A stretch of 64,000 nt of DNA. Source: Peribolospora baueri. Its lineage: Eukaryota. This document shows positions 1-11,780 of this stretch, in pieces; position 1 is the stretch's first letter, and each line of letters starts with the position of its first letter. The stretch is taken from assembly GCA_029717555.1 (NCBI GenBank), contig JAMDHS010000036.1, positions 62,001 to 126,000 of the forward strand, written 5' to 3'. Below the pieces are notes generated by a model, which had not been told where the DNA came from, did not search any database, and was given only the letters and a program-made list of their open reading frames with translations. A program made the position numbers and the translations under genes.

Positions 1-83
1 GCGCCATGATCCAAACCGAGGACGTAGCCAGCGCGTTGACCAGCGTCCTGCAGAGGAAGAAACCCACGTTCTCCAGACTGTAG
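1..83 (+). CDS. ECH1: 3' end of a peroxisomal delta3,5-delta2,4-dienoyl-CoA isomerase (enoyl-CoA hydratase family); 5' part lies outside the window
   Basis: Reads AMIQTEDVASALTSVLQRKKPTFSRL* with TAG at 81-83. This resembles the ECH1-type C-terminus (AMLQTxD...KPTFxKL) and ends in the PTS1 tripeptide SRL. Confidence 0.7.
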   Translation, partial: AMIQTEDVASALTSVLQRKKPTFSRL

Positions 84-537
84 CCCTCCCCCTTATTCCT
101 CTCTCCTCGTCCTCCTTTCTTTCGTCCCCACCGACCCTTCGCACCCTACTGTAGGGGTGGAACGAAACCGCCGAGCTATCATGGTGGAACCGCGACCGTA
201 TCTTTTTTCTCTCATCGACGGTCGTCGTGATCGTCGCAGTTGCTTTGCGCGAGGCCGAGTCGGCCATTCACATGTGCGCATCGACCAGTCGGTGTTGGGA
301 AAGCAAAATGACGCGGTGCGAGACAGGCGTCACACTCTGTCGACGAAGGCTTGTTAACGAGGGTGCAGGTCTGTGTTAAAGGTGGGGGAGGGGATACAGT
401 GCACGTACGCTTTCAGTTGTCGTGTGCATCCACCTCGCTTTCACGCAAATGGACCACACTGGACGCAACGCAACGCAAACGTCTCTCCGAAGTTATAAAT
501 CCCCAAGTTGATCAATTTCCTTCACTCCGCCCACTCG

Positions 538-2317
538 CTAATCCGCGTTGGGAAGGCCCCTTCCAAAGCCACCGCGTCCCGAAAAGGCCTTCGGGGTCCA
601 GCTTGGAAGCTCGGACGAGGATGATGATGATGCTGAAGTGGGCGCCGAGCTGCCGGGGCCGAGGAGACTCTCACCGACGGTTCGGAGGAGCTGCCCCTTG
701 TGGCCCCATGAGACGCAATAGTGGTCGAGGACGAGGTCGAGCTCTTCCAGCTCGTCGAGCATTTCGAGTCGGGAGATCCTGCAAACCCAAATGGGGGGGG
801 AGGTGAAACCACACAGAGAGGGAAAGAGAAAAAGAAAGACGGAGAAAAATTCCCAGTTTAGAGAAATTCCTCCGTCGCGAATCACAGAAACAAAAGTTCG
901 TCCCGTATTTCAACACACGACGGCCGCAGCTGGTGTGGCACCTACCTCGCCTTCTCCTCAGCTTCCAACGCGTCCCAGATCGCCTTGACGGACAAAGCCT
1001 GTGCACCGTCAAAACCTCGGGCTTCGGAGAAGCGACTGCGGTGGGACGCTAGGGTCGGGTACGCGGTCGCGCCGGGAATGCGAATGTTGCGGGACTAGAT
1101 GTGGTGCGGTAGGGTAAGCGCTCGCTCGGGCTGAGGTGCTGTCAAGGGTTACAAAAAAGAGAAAAAAAAAAGACTGAAGATCCCCTCGACTCACCTCCAG
1201 ATTCTGCAGCATGACCTTTCCAAACCTATCCCCATCTCCCCGGCCGAGCAGTTCCTCGCCCACGCACATCTCGTAGCAAACTGCCATGCCGCTCTCAAAA
1301 CCCTTTCCGAACCACTCCACAATCGACTCCGAGTTTATGGGAGGGAGGTAAGCAAAAACGCATTCCGCCAAAAGGAGTGTTGGCAGCGTTGGGTCGAGAA
1401 TGGAAGTGTGTGCTTGAGAGACCAGAGTCGAGGTCGAGTCTTTTGTATCTGTCGTAGTGGATGAGATGGACGATGTGGGTAGCAATTGCGGGGCTATGTC
1501 GGTCGTGAAGGACCGAAGGTCGCCCGGCAAGAGGCTGTACGAGGCTGAGCGTAGCGACGTGCCGCCTTTCTCTGCAGGGAGGGTACCGGCCAACCAATCG
1601 ATCGACCGAGGCGTCCAAATGAGCTAGTCCGTCCGCCGAACTCGGATGTGCGAGCGAGCGCGCGCGACTCACCGACCTGTACGCCGTCGCCCAAGGGTTC
1701 GGAAAGCAGTTTGTGCTTCTTGATAGCCAACGACTTGCGAGCGGTAACCTCTGGAAAGTCGACCTCGACGTAGTGGGCCAAACGAGGGTGAAGTGCGCGG
1801 CCGTTGGCCATCATCCTCCAGAACCTCGTATCGCTCCCCGCTCCGACGCTGACGATCTGCTTCCCCTTTCCCTTTCCATCGGCGTCCTCCTCGAGAAAGT
1901 CCTTGACAAGCAAATCCAGGGTGTAGGAGCGGAGATAGGTACCGATGTTGATGAGAGGAGGACGGCGCGGTGCGGGGCCACGGAGGGCCTTGACGACGAG
2001 AGAGGTGTACGGGTCCGGTGGGAGATAGCCTGCCGCGAGGGCGGACCTGGCGGAAACGGAGGCGGGACGGACGAAATCGTCGACGCGGTTCAGAGACGAC
2101 CGCGGTCAGAAGGCCTCACTCAGGGAACGATTGGGGGGAGGAGAAGAACGGCGTCTTGGACCGTTTTTGAGACAGGCTGGACTCACAGCCTGCTCTGAGC
2201 AGCATCATCATCCGTACCCCTCACGGCGTCATCGCCCGTCTTGGGCACCTCCCTCCTCAAACCGGCACCGGGAACCGTGGGGGGCGGAAAGCGCATTCGA
2301 GGCCGGGGCAGATCCAT
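538..2317 (-). CDS. PPM1: Leucine carboxyl methyltransferase 1 (PP2A methyltransferase), spliced
   Basis: Spliced exons give DAVRGTDDDAAQSRLSALAAGYL, QIVSVGAGSDTRFWR, YVEVDFPEVTARK, LPTLLLAECVFAYL, FGKVMLQNL and RISRLEMLDELEELDLVLDHYCVSWG, all LCMT1 motifs. Introns are canonical GT-AG. Confidence 0.93.
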
Positions 2318-2708
2318 GTAGAAAGGAACGTAGAGGTTGGCGGGCAGGGGCAGCTCTCGGAAGCGTCGTCAACGAGTTGGCCGTTATGGGACAAGTGCAA
2401 GGGCGAACGGGATCGACGTTACCATCCCGATCACTGCGAACGGGCCATCTCCAACGCCACGTGAACGATTTCCTTCTTCCGTTTACTTCCGCATGCCACC
2501 ATCGAGGTGCTCTCGGACCAGACGTACATGTAGGCCGGGACATGCGAATGAAACAGACTACGTTGAGCAGTCGGCTAGCGAGTACACTGGTATGTGACAA
2601 GAACCGCGGTGCCTATCGACATAGTCTCCGGGAACGGACTCGGAAGGGGGAACGAGCACGATGCGATGCGATGAAGTACGGGAAAGAAAGGTATAGGTAG
2701 AACTGCCA

Positions 2709-5700
2709 TCACTCGTCGTACTTCTCCTTGTAAATCCATGCGAGCCCGACCCTGGGGGAGAAAAGATGCGGGAGGAGTGTAAGAAGATATGGTCGTGAGA
2801 AGCTGGCTGGAAAGAACTAAGACACGAGGGTGGTTGCCGATGTACTCACGTATTGTAACCTTGTGCGGCCTATCGTAACGCAAGAAATCCAGGAGCAAAT
2901 TCAAGCCAGATGAGGCGCTCTGAACAGCGAAGACAAACTATTGCCTCCAAGAAGAAGACAAGGAGGGGGACGAACTCACCGCCATGCGATAATACTGTGC
3001 CGCCTTCTTCAAGTCCTTCTTGCACCCTTTGCCCGAGGCGTACAGTTCTCCAGCACCTGAGAATCAAACAAAGAGAAGCACGGCATATAGTTGAGTGCCA
3101 AAGCGGAGGCATCCCCGGCGGTGACCGATGGAGCCTTTCGAAAAACAGGCGACCGTCCACTCACCGGCCTGGGCGTCCGGATCGCCCATCTTGGCCGCCA
3201 TCTCGAGGTATTCCAGCGCCATCCTCTTATCCATTTTCGTTCCCCACCCATACGAGAAGCACTTGCCGAGCTCGAAAACGGACAGCTTCAGCTCGTTCTT
3301 CACTGCCCGCACCTCCTCTGGTCTGCCTCCCTTGGCGGCCGCGCTCATGTTCGCGCCCGCTCTCTCCGCCGCCCTCCGGATCCACTCGAAGCCCCTCGTC
3401 TGGTCCTTGCGCACCCCCCAACCCTCCCGCAGAGCCATTCCCCACATGCACATCCCCACTGCACACCCGCCTTGGAACGTTGCCGAGCGTTCGAAGTAGA
3501 ACGCTGAGCGGGAGAGGTCGCCGGACTCGTGGTGCTGGATGCCGATCTGGAGAAAACCTTCGGGCGTCTGTTGATGATGCTGTTGCTGTTGATGCGTGCC
3601 GCCGGGCTTGGATGAGACGGCCGTGGTGGAAGTCGATCCGGCGGAAACGCTCTTGCTCATGGTAGAGGCCGCGAAAGAGCTCTTGTGCTCCAGCGTCGGC
3701 GGCTTCACTGAGCCCGTCCGAGGCCGGCCCGAAGAGTGGGAGGCTGGCGGCAGTGCGCCTCCGTAGGCGCCTTGGGCTTGGTTCTGCAGGTGGCGAGGTG
3801 GCGGTCCGGTCGGACGCGGCGGTGGAACGTCGTGCGATGTTCCTCCTGGAGGAGGAGGGGGATGACGAGGGTAGCGATGCGGTCGAGCGAGAGGAGTTGC
3901 ATCCGCATTTAGGGGGGGTTGTTGTCGTGCCTTGATTGCCGCGGCCGCCGCCGGAGACTCGCGCAAGACGTCCTGCTCGGCGGGCAGGGTGGCCGCTCGA
4001 ATGGGCGCTTCAGCCATGACGGCGCTGAACGGTGACGGCTCCGTGTCCGCCCTTCTCGGCGCATAGTCCTCCGAGGGATGCACGCCATGTCCGGGCCGCG
4101 GTTGAGGCTGAACACGTCGGGACTCGATTCCAGGGTTTGACCCGTGAGAAGGAGGCCGCCAGGGATCGCCTTCTTCAGTGAACACCCCAAAGCCGCCGCC
4201 ATTCTCCAGGGCCTCCCGGATGGTGCTGGTACTGCTCCTCACGCTGCTCCCGTCCAGCTTTAGACTCTCCACATCCAAGTCCGATTCGAACGAGTCGCGA
4301 GGGCGGGGGAGGTGCGGCTTCGAAGGCTTGGCGCGGCGAAGAGGCTGAGTGGGAGGGAGAGCGGCGCCTGGGCCGGCCGCGAGTACCGAGGAGGGATTGG
4401 CGGGCAGCCCAGGCGAGGGATATTGACTCGCAGCGCGAGCATCACCGCTGGAGAGAGGATTATGCTCGAACGACTCGGACGAAGGGCGGGACGAGACGGT
4501 GTCTGTGGGCGAAGCGGACCTGAGCGCGGCCAAGTCCTCGCCCTTGAGCGTCGCCACCGAGTCTCGCTGAGATGAGCGAAGCTCGGAGGGATAGTAGGCG
4601 TCCACCTCTCCGCTCGAGCTAGGCCCCGTAGTGGCATCCGAGTCTCGACCGTTCCACTTCTCCGCGTCCATTCTTGGCGTTCCTTCCCGTGAATCGCGCT
4701 TTCCCGCTTCGCCACCGAACCGCATATATGCGTCCCCGGCGGCCAACTGAGCGAGCAGACCACTCAACCCTCCCACCCCATCTCCGCCCTCCAGATTTTC
4801 CACACCAATTTCTTCTGGTGGGGCCTGTCCGACGGCGACAGCGCCGGTGTGGAGTATATGCGGCGCATCCGGAGAGATGAGGCGAGGATGGTATGCGCCG
4901 GACAAGGGACGCTCAAGATGCGCCTTTGGAGGTCGACGGGAGGAGGAGTCGGGTTTGGAAGAAGAAGGAGAAGAAGACAAAGGTGGCCCCGGCGCCGCCT
5001 GCCGACTTGAGAGCGGATCGGGAATGACGACGTCCAGGTCGAGCGCGCCACCGCCGTGACCATCATCGTCGTAGGAAGACGAGGGTCGTTTCTCTCTGCG
5101 GTCCTCCTGGTGGCCCTCAGAGTAGTCAACGTTGGAGATGGTGGCGTTGCTATCCCGCCTGTTGTGTGCACCTAGGATGCTCGCGCCGTCGTCGGAAACG
5201 CCCTCTGCGAGGGCGATACTGCTGAAACTGTAGTCGGAGTACATGCTCGAGCGGAAGGCGTCGCCGAGGAGGTAGGATGACGGCGTGCGTTCATCCCACG
5301 CAGAAGGTGTGGAGGCTGCAGAGCCAGACAAGGTCAGGGACGAGTCGGAGTGACCGATGGAGGACGACGACGGCGACTCGTCGTCCTCGGCCGAGTAGGA
5401 TATTCGAGAGAGGTCGAACGAGGCCAACGAGGCCGCATCGTCGTCCTCATATGCCTGATAAGACCGCGATGCGCCTGCGGTGGCTGCCTTGGCGAGAGCG
5501 AGCGTGCGGTCGCGGACGTTGTAAGAATGCTCCGGCACAATGAACCCGACGGTCGAATCTTGGGAGTGATGTCCGGACGGCTGCTGGTTTGGCGGATGGC
5601 CGCGATATGCCTGAACGAGGGCGGGCGTGGAGCGGGCATAGGACAGCGCAGGGTGGCCCGTGAGGGGCGCAACGGCCGCCAAGTTGTCCCTCTCGCCATC

Positions 5701-6099
5701 GCTTCCATATCCCGCCTCTCCGACGTCCCTCCCCTTGCCCTTGTGGTCCCATGCCTCCTGCCTCCGGATGTCCCGCCTGGCCTTTCTCCCGGAGGCCGCG
5801 AGCAAATCCAGCGGGCTGAGGCCGGGTCTGCTGGCGTCGAAGGGGAAAGGAAGCCCCGAGCCTACGTTCCAATTATTTTCCTCCCCGTGCTCGCTCTCCA
5901 TTTCCCTATGCTCGCCTTGATCGCCCTTTCGCCATTGCTCCCTGAGAGCGCCAGCCGCAAAGGTGCTTCGATGGTCCTCAGCAGGGGTGGGCGGCGTAGA
6001 GCGAGGGGACTGAGAAGAGAGGGAGGAGGAGGAGGGCGAGGGCGAGGAATGCGCTGGCAGAGGCTGGCGAGGTGGGTGACGGGGCGCGAGGCGGTCCAT
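2709..6099 (-). CDS. DSF2: Sel1-repeat protein of the Dsf2/Nif1 type: long disordered N-terminus and C-terminal Sel1 repeats
   Basis: The 1011-aa ORF carries GIQHHE...WGMALREGWGV...FELGKCFSYGWG...GDPDAQ. It continues through the exon GKGCKKDLKKAAQYYRMA, a 20-nt microexon at 2851-2870 (AAQGYNT) and a last exon VGLAWIYKEKYDE*. Confidence 0.8.
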
Positions 6100-7008
6100 G
6101 AGCGACGGTGCGAGCTCAACGAAAGGAGCGGGGGCGGTAGGGTGTCGGAAGGGAAGCGGGTGAGGAGATCAGGGGTGGTTGAGCGGGCGGTGGGGGGTCG
6201 ATGGGGTGAGGGAGAGCGTCGTCGTCGTCGTCACGACGGGGGGTCGGAAGAGAAAAAGGAGGAAGAGGTCAGGAAACGGCGAAGAGGAGACGCGAAGGGG
6301 ACATGAAGTGAGGGAGTTGGTGGTTCGAATGCTCTCCGTCGTCCGTCGTCCGTCTCCGGTGTCGGCGTGGTCAACGTCCGACGGCAGCCGCCGACTGACC
6401 GAGCCGACGTCTTCTCGACGGGCGCGTTGCTCAGGGACGAACAACACCACCCGCAGCCGCCCCGGCCGGCCGGTGCGTCTTGCACCGGCGCAGCTCTGCG
6501 CTGGTTCCGAAATGAGCCAACCAACTCGCAAAGTGAATCAAGGCGCCCTCCATGCGCTTGGCCGACTCGAAAGGGCCAGGCACCGGGGACCGGTACGCTT
6601 TCATTCCAGTTTCGTTTCCGCATTGCCAACCACCCGCTGGTCGCGCCTTCACGCATCGTACGAGAAACAACACGTGCGATGATCCTTCCTGCCGTCTCGT
6701 CTCCTCCGCCCATCATCGTCAAACAACGTGGAGGGCTCGAAGAAGAGACGAGTTAGGTACATCAGATGCAAGCACCGTTTTCGCCATCGTCCGCGAGATC
6801 ACAGCAGCTCGTGCGAAGGCTCGATGGGCATTCCAAAGACGAGCAAGCGAAGAAAGGAATCAAAAGGAAAACCGCGAAGAAAAAAAAAGTGGCTACTAGT
6901 GACCTCACGAGGCCGGATACACGGAAACCATCGCTCCCGGCGTCCTGCCTCTTCTCCCCTGCCACACTCTACCTTCCGTCCACAGTCCGACAGACCCTCT
7001 CCTCCGGC

Positions 7009-8256
7009 TCAAGCCAACCCAGGCTCCTCTTGGATGCCCTTCTTGATCTTGAGCAACAAGCTCGTCTTCCAAGGGTCCAGCTTGCTCAGCCGATCAAACT
7101 CGACAATGTGCGCGGTGAACGCCTCCGTGTCTCCCTGCTCCACGGCGTCCAGGATCGCGGAGAGGAACTTGAACTCGCGCGTCGAGGCAAACGACGGGTC
7201 TTGGGTCGTATAAGTCGCCAGAGCTCTTTGAGCTGCGACGACGTCCTGTTCAAGTCGGGAAGCGTTCCACGCAAACAAACCCGGAATACGAGCGTCTATC
7301 ATCTTTTCTCTGATGCCCCAGACACACCACAGCACGATCTTCCAGAGTGTAAAACAACCAAAACACAAAAGCTCACCCCCGTGGCGATGTAGCACAGGCC
7401 CGCTTTAAGGTAGTAGTCTTTGACGCTGTACTTGGTCAGAGCACTCTGCAAGCTCGATGTAGCCACCTGCTCGTACCGGGAGACGGCCACGTCGTACCGC
7501 TCGAGTTGCGCTGCGATGTCGGCGGCCTCCCTAAACATGCCGTTGGCCGTGCTATTTGCATGTCGAGAGGAGCAAAGGCGATGGGATCAGCGCGCACTTT
7601 TCTTCGGTGCCAATGAGTGAGAAACTCGTTCAACCACTCACGCGACAGCGTCCTCTCCGAGGTACCACTCTCCCGCCCTCTCATAGCACTCCAAAGCCTT
7701 CTCCAGGTCCCCTGCGTCGTTTTTGTAGATCTCGGCAATCTCCTGTTCCCTCTGCGCGGCTTGTCGGAAACGGCCCTTTTGGGTCAGGATCTCGTTCGTT
7801 CGCATCAGGGCCTGGATGGCGACTAGATGGAGATGGCGTGAAAAAAGAAATCAAACCAGACATACAGGGCAGGATGAGGACCATATCAGCGACGATACGA
7901 GTGACATGTCCCGAACGGTGATCGCCCCCGAATACAGAAGGACAACGTCCCAAACAACCAAATCGAGAAGAAGACAAAACCTTCTACCCACGCTCAGGAC
8001 TGCTCCTCTTGAAGCTCTTGGCCGCGCTCCAATAGCTATTCGCCGCCTCATCCTGCTCGCCCCCCTTGATCTGCATCTCGGCGGCCCTCAAGAACGCCCG
8101 CCCAGAGTCGTCCCACTGCTGAGCAAGCTTGAACGCGTTGGCAGCGCGCGTGAACAGCTCCGCCGCTTCCTCGTACTTGTTCCCCGAGCTGAACCAGCCG
8201 CCGGAGGAGGTGGCCTTCTTCTCCGCTTGGGCGAGGATCGCGCGCGGGTCGGACAT
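7009..8256 (-). CDS. SEC17: Alpha-SNAP (soluble NSF attachment protein), spliced
   Basis: [14 protein letters not shown]...[44 protein letters not shown] and [20 protein letters not shown]. Confidence 0.96.
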
Positions 8257-8934
8257 CGTCGTCGTCGGTCGCGTCAGCAGGTGTAAGGGAAGCGGGATGG
8301 TTGGGTTATAGAAGGACGTTCGAAAGCGGGCAGGGGGGCCTAGACGCAGTGGGGGGTGCGAGCACGCAGTTTAGCTCGTACCAGGCAGGATACGTGCAAG
8401 TTCGTGGCCCTTTGGCGATGTTCGTCCCCTTGTCGCCCTTCAGCATCGCCAACGCCGCCTTGGCCGATCACGCACGTGCCCTCGCCGCAGCAGTCTTTAG
8501 CACCGCAACCGTTGCGTTGTCATAAGGGGAAGCCCGGAGCGACATGGCCTTCGTACGTTCCCACCCTGTCGGCGCTTAGGCCGAGATGGGGCGGGTACTC
8601 ACAAGCGAATAGTACCATCATCCCGCTTCGGCCTAGCTAGCCGCACATCTGCCAAAACAAATGATTTTGAAGAGTATGCCTTTGGCGGTCTGGTAGAATC
8701 GACTAACAACCCCGCTTGTGGTTCAGGGCGGCCTGCTGCGGTATCGTGATTTGCGCTGAGGCCGTATGAGACGGGAGTCAAGACCATCCATCTCCAAACC
8801 CGTCCTTGCGTCTCCTTATCGCTTCGATCCCGATGCCACCTTTGCAAACGGCAGGGCGTGCCACCACATCGTGTTTCTTCGTCTACATCGGCTAGTCGTT
8901 TACCGGTACACTGCGCACTGACAGGATAGCGTTC

Positions 8935-10500
8935 ATGGAGCCGGAATGGCCGGGTGAGGGAGAAGGTGCGAGTGGAGAAGAAGGGTCGAGCGGCCGAGGA
9001 GCGACGTCTGCCAGGCCCGTCCAGTGGAGCATCAAGACGGACGAGGAGAAAGAGTCAGAGGCCCATGTGGAATGGCTAGGTACGTGTGCTCTGAGTTTGT
9101 TGCTGCTCGACGCAGGACGGCACAACTCATTCATGTCCGTCCGGCCGTGGTATGCGCTTATCGCGCCTGCAGAACGAAAGCTTCAGACGCTCAAGAGCGG
9201 AGTGCGACGAGCCAGGCCGGGCGCGGAAGGTGGTATGGAGGAGCTAGGAGAGGAAGCGGGGGGGAGCGACGAGGAGGCGGGTGAAGCCACGTCATCCCGA
9301 CCCTTGGAGGACGACCCAGGTCTCCACCTACTCTACAACCATGGGGCCGGCTACAACTCCTCCGAGTCGCACCGAGGCCGTCGAACCATATCGTCTCCCT
9401 CCGACTTTCAGGAACGACTTCACCGCTCTGACTTTGATTTGAGGCGTGGGGGCGGTGGTGGCATGCTTCGTTCCGGATCTCAGAATTCTCGAGCCGATGG
9501 GAGCCGAGAGAGGCCGTCCTTCTTCGGAGACTCCCCGTTCGACGAGGACGAAAACAGTCTATCGCACTATAGACGAGGGTCCATCTCGTCTTCGGCTTTC
9601 GAGTCCTCAGCGGGCCAGGAAGATGAAGGGGATGGGGAGGGGGAGAGTGGAAAGGCGGGCCCCAGCGCAGACGGATTATATGGGCGGAACGGCGCGTTCG
9701 TCCGATTCGCGCCTCGCATTCGCGTCTCCAGGCCGAGAGCGAGTCACGGCGCCTCGCTGGCCTCTTCCTTCAGCGCTTCCCTTCACACGGCTTCTCCACG
9801 TCCCCAATTTCTCTGGGCGACCGCGGCATCCGATGCCGACGACGGCGACGACGACGACGACGCGTCCTACAACCGACGCCGGAGGTCCTCCTCCTCCTCC
9901 TCCTTCTTTGGCCTGCCCTCACAGATGTTCTCCACGGGCGGCAGGCTATCTGGATGGTTCGCCAGGATGCTATCTTCAGAAAACGATGATGACGATGAGG
10001 ACGACGACGATGACGACAACGGTAAATTGAGACGCACAAGGAGCATCATGAGCGGAGGCGAGAACGACGCGGCGGGTGAGAGGACGCCGATAAGGTCGGG
10101 CACGGCGCTGCCGGGGAGGAGCTTGTTGCGGAGTAGCACTCTCCCCAACCCTACGAAGACATACGGAACGTACGGTCCACAAGCGCCCATGTCCGCCCAA
10201 CGGGGCGGTGCTGCAAGACGAGAGGGAGACGCTGCAGGAGAGGGTGAGGGAGCGAACGGGGAGCGGGACGGAGACGAGGAAGCTAATCCTCGTGCTGCAC
10301 ATGCGAACCCGGACTATAACTCGGACGATGAGGAGCTGGAAAGGGCGAGGCAAGCGCCGAGGAAGACAGAGGAGGAGGTCATCTTCGGGCCTTGGCCTGG
10401 GCGGGTGGTGCGGTGGGAGTGGTGGAGATCGAAGATGGCCGGTTGTTGGGCGCATTGCTGCGAGGATGACGAGGAGGACGAGGACGAAAGTTATTATTGA
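8935..10500 (+). CDS. Hypothetical low-complexity acidic/Ser-rich protein with a Trp/Cys-rich C-terminal motif
   Basis: 521-codon ORF with a probable in-frame 93-nt intron at 9080-9172. C-terminus is EEEVIFGPWPGRVVRWEWWRSKMAGCWAHCC. Confidence 0.7.
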   Translation: MEPEWPGEGEGASGEEGSSGRGATSARPVQWSIKTDEEKESEAHVEWLGTCALSLLLLDAGRHNSFMSVRPWYALIAPAERKLQTLKSGVRRARPGAEGGMEELGEEAGGSDEEAGEATSSRPLEDDPGLHLLYNHGAGYNSSESHRGRRTISSPSDFQERLHRSDFDLRRGGGGGMLRSGSQNSRADGSRERPSFFGDSPFDEDENSLSHYRRGSISSSAFESSAGQEDEGDGEGESGKAGPSADGLYGRNGAFVRFAPRIRVSRPRASHGASLASSFSASLHTASPRPQFLWATAASDADDGDDDDDASYNRRRRSSSSSSFFGLPSQMFSTGGRLSGWFARMLSSENDDDDEDDDDDDNGKLRRTRSIMSGGENDAAGERTPIRSGTALPGRSLLRSSTLPNPTKTYGTYGPQAPMSAQRGGAARREGDAAGEGEGANGERDGDEEANPRAAHANPDYNSDDEELERARQAPRKTEEEVIFGPWPGRVVRWEWWRSKMAGCWAHCCEDDEEDEDESYY

Positions 10501-10868
10501 GCGCTGCATTCGATTCAAAGTCGACTTGGGGCCGGGTGGATCGGACTGCACCGTCGTACATTTCATGATCTCCATTTGCATTTCTCCCGTCTCTTCCCTT
10601 CCTGCCTCCATCTTGACTCGTGATTTCATCTGGCTCTTTGCTTTCATTTCCTCATGACCATCGGCCCATTCATCTTCTCGTGTTCGCACCATGTGTACCA
10701 TTCATCTCGATGCCTGTTTGTACCTTTTCCCTTGTTGAGCCTGATTCAGCGCTTGAATGTCAAGCCAATAATCCGTTACACGAGATGCCTGCACTCAATG
10801 CCTGTTACGCCCGCGCGGGGGCGCTTACAGGCATTAGTCGAACGACTGATTGTCGTTCCGACTGCCTA

Positions 10869-11586
10869 TCATGCGCTCGATGGGACTGGAGCAGGAGCCC
10901 CATCACTTCCCTCCGTGGCAGTTTCCTTCGGCGTTGACAGGCTCAAGTTGGCGGGAGCAGGAGACTTGAGCACGGCGACCGTTATCAGGGATGTTCGGTG
11001 AAGCAACAGAACGCTTCGAGGACGATGGGAGGAAGGCCGGAAGAGGACGAAAGGGTTTGAGCTGCCAGGTATCGGACGGTCTGTAGAGTGACAGCGGAGA
11101 AAGACGCACCCGTTGCCATGAGGTACCCTCACCACGTCCCTGTCCTTGTCCGCTTCTCTTTCTTCTGAATCTGACGAGCGCTTCCTTCTCGAAAGGGTAG
11201 CGGAGGCGATGGAGGCGATCGTCTCTGCGTCTGATTCCCGGAGAGCGCCACGAGCTGCATGCGAGTCCGGTTCGGAAGATAGAAGGGCAGGGGAGAAGTA
11301 AAGGCGTGAATGAGGAAGATGCCAAAAAAGAAGTTCGGACATCGTCAGCACATCTCCCTCGAGCTTTCTTCGCTATGGAGGCCGGCGGCTCGCAAACTCG
11401 CAACTCGCCTCCCAAGCACAAGCCAAGCTCATCGACCACAAGGACGCCTAAGACATCGTCCTGTCTAGCTCTGTCCGAACCAAACCGGAAGGCGGTCAGC
11501 CCCACAAACATGGTCACCTGAGAAGCCCGGACGCTGACTTGGCAGCTCGCTCACGCCCGGTCCAGGATGGTGTTGAAGTTGTCCAT
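10869..11586 (-). CDS. LAMTOR5: Ragulator subunit LAMTOR5/HBXIP-like roadblock protein, 4 exons
   Basis: Spliced product MDNFNTILDRAARQDDVLGVLVVDELGLCLGARGALRESDAETIASIASA...DVVRVPHGNGVLLLHRTSLITVAVLKSP aligns by eye with the LAMTOR5 pattern (VGVLCTDSQGLNLGCRGTL...NGNIMIQKHDGITVAVHK). Intron 2 (11255-11408) is GC-AG. Confidence 0.8.
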
Positions 11587-11780
11587 GGTGGGACCGACGT
11601 CAAGTTGCCGTCGTCACCCACTGCGAGCGGGCTCGTGCGTTCCTCACGTCACGCTCTCGCTGCGGCGCTCCGTCGTCCAACTCCGACCACCGCTCGCGGA
11701 AAGGGCGAGGCGAGGGCTTGGACGGAAGCCTTTCTTCATCGCTCGTCTGGCCATCTCTCTTTCGTCTACATCGCTTCGCC

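Noticed and set aside
8577..8636. Imperfect inverted repeat upstream of SEC17
   Set aside because: Many mismatches, and no TSD or TIR structure; plausible by chance in GC-rich DNA.
8660..8760. Possible box C/D snoRNA (ATGATT...CTGA) with short matches to 18S rRNA near GCAGCAGGCGCGCAAAUUAC
   Set aside because: The C box is imperfect and there is no terminal stem. The two antisense blocks are in the wrong order, and the D+5 position looks one base off from the U16/snR87 site as I recall it. An Rfam/snoscan hit would be needed.
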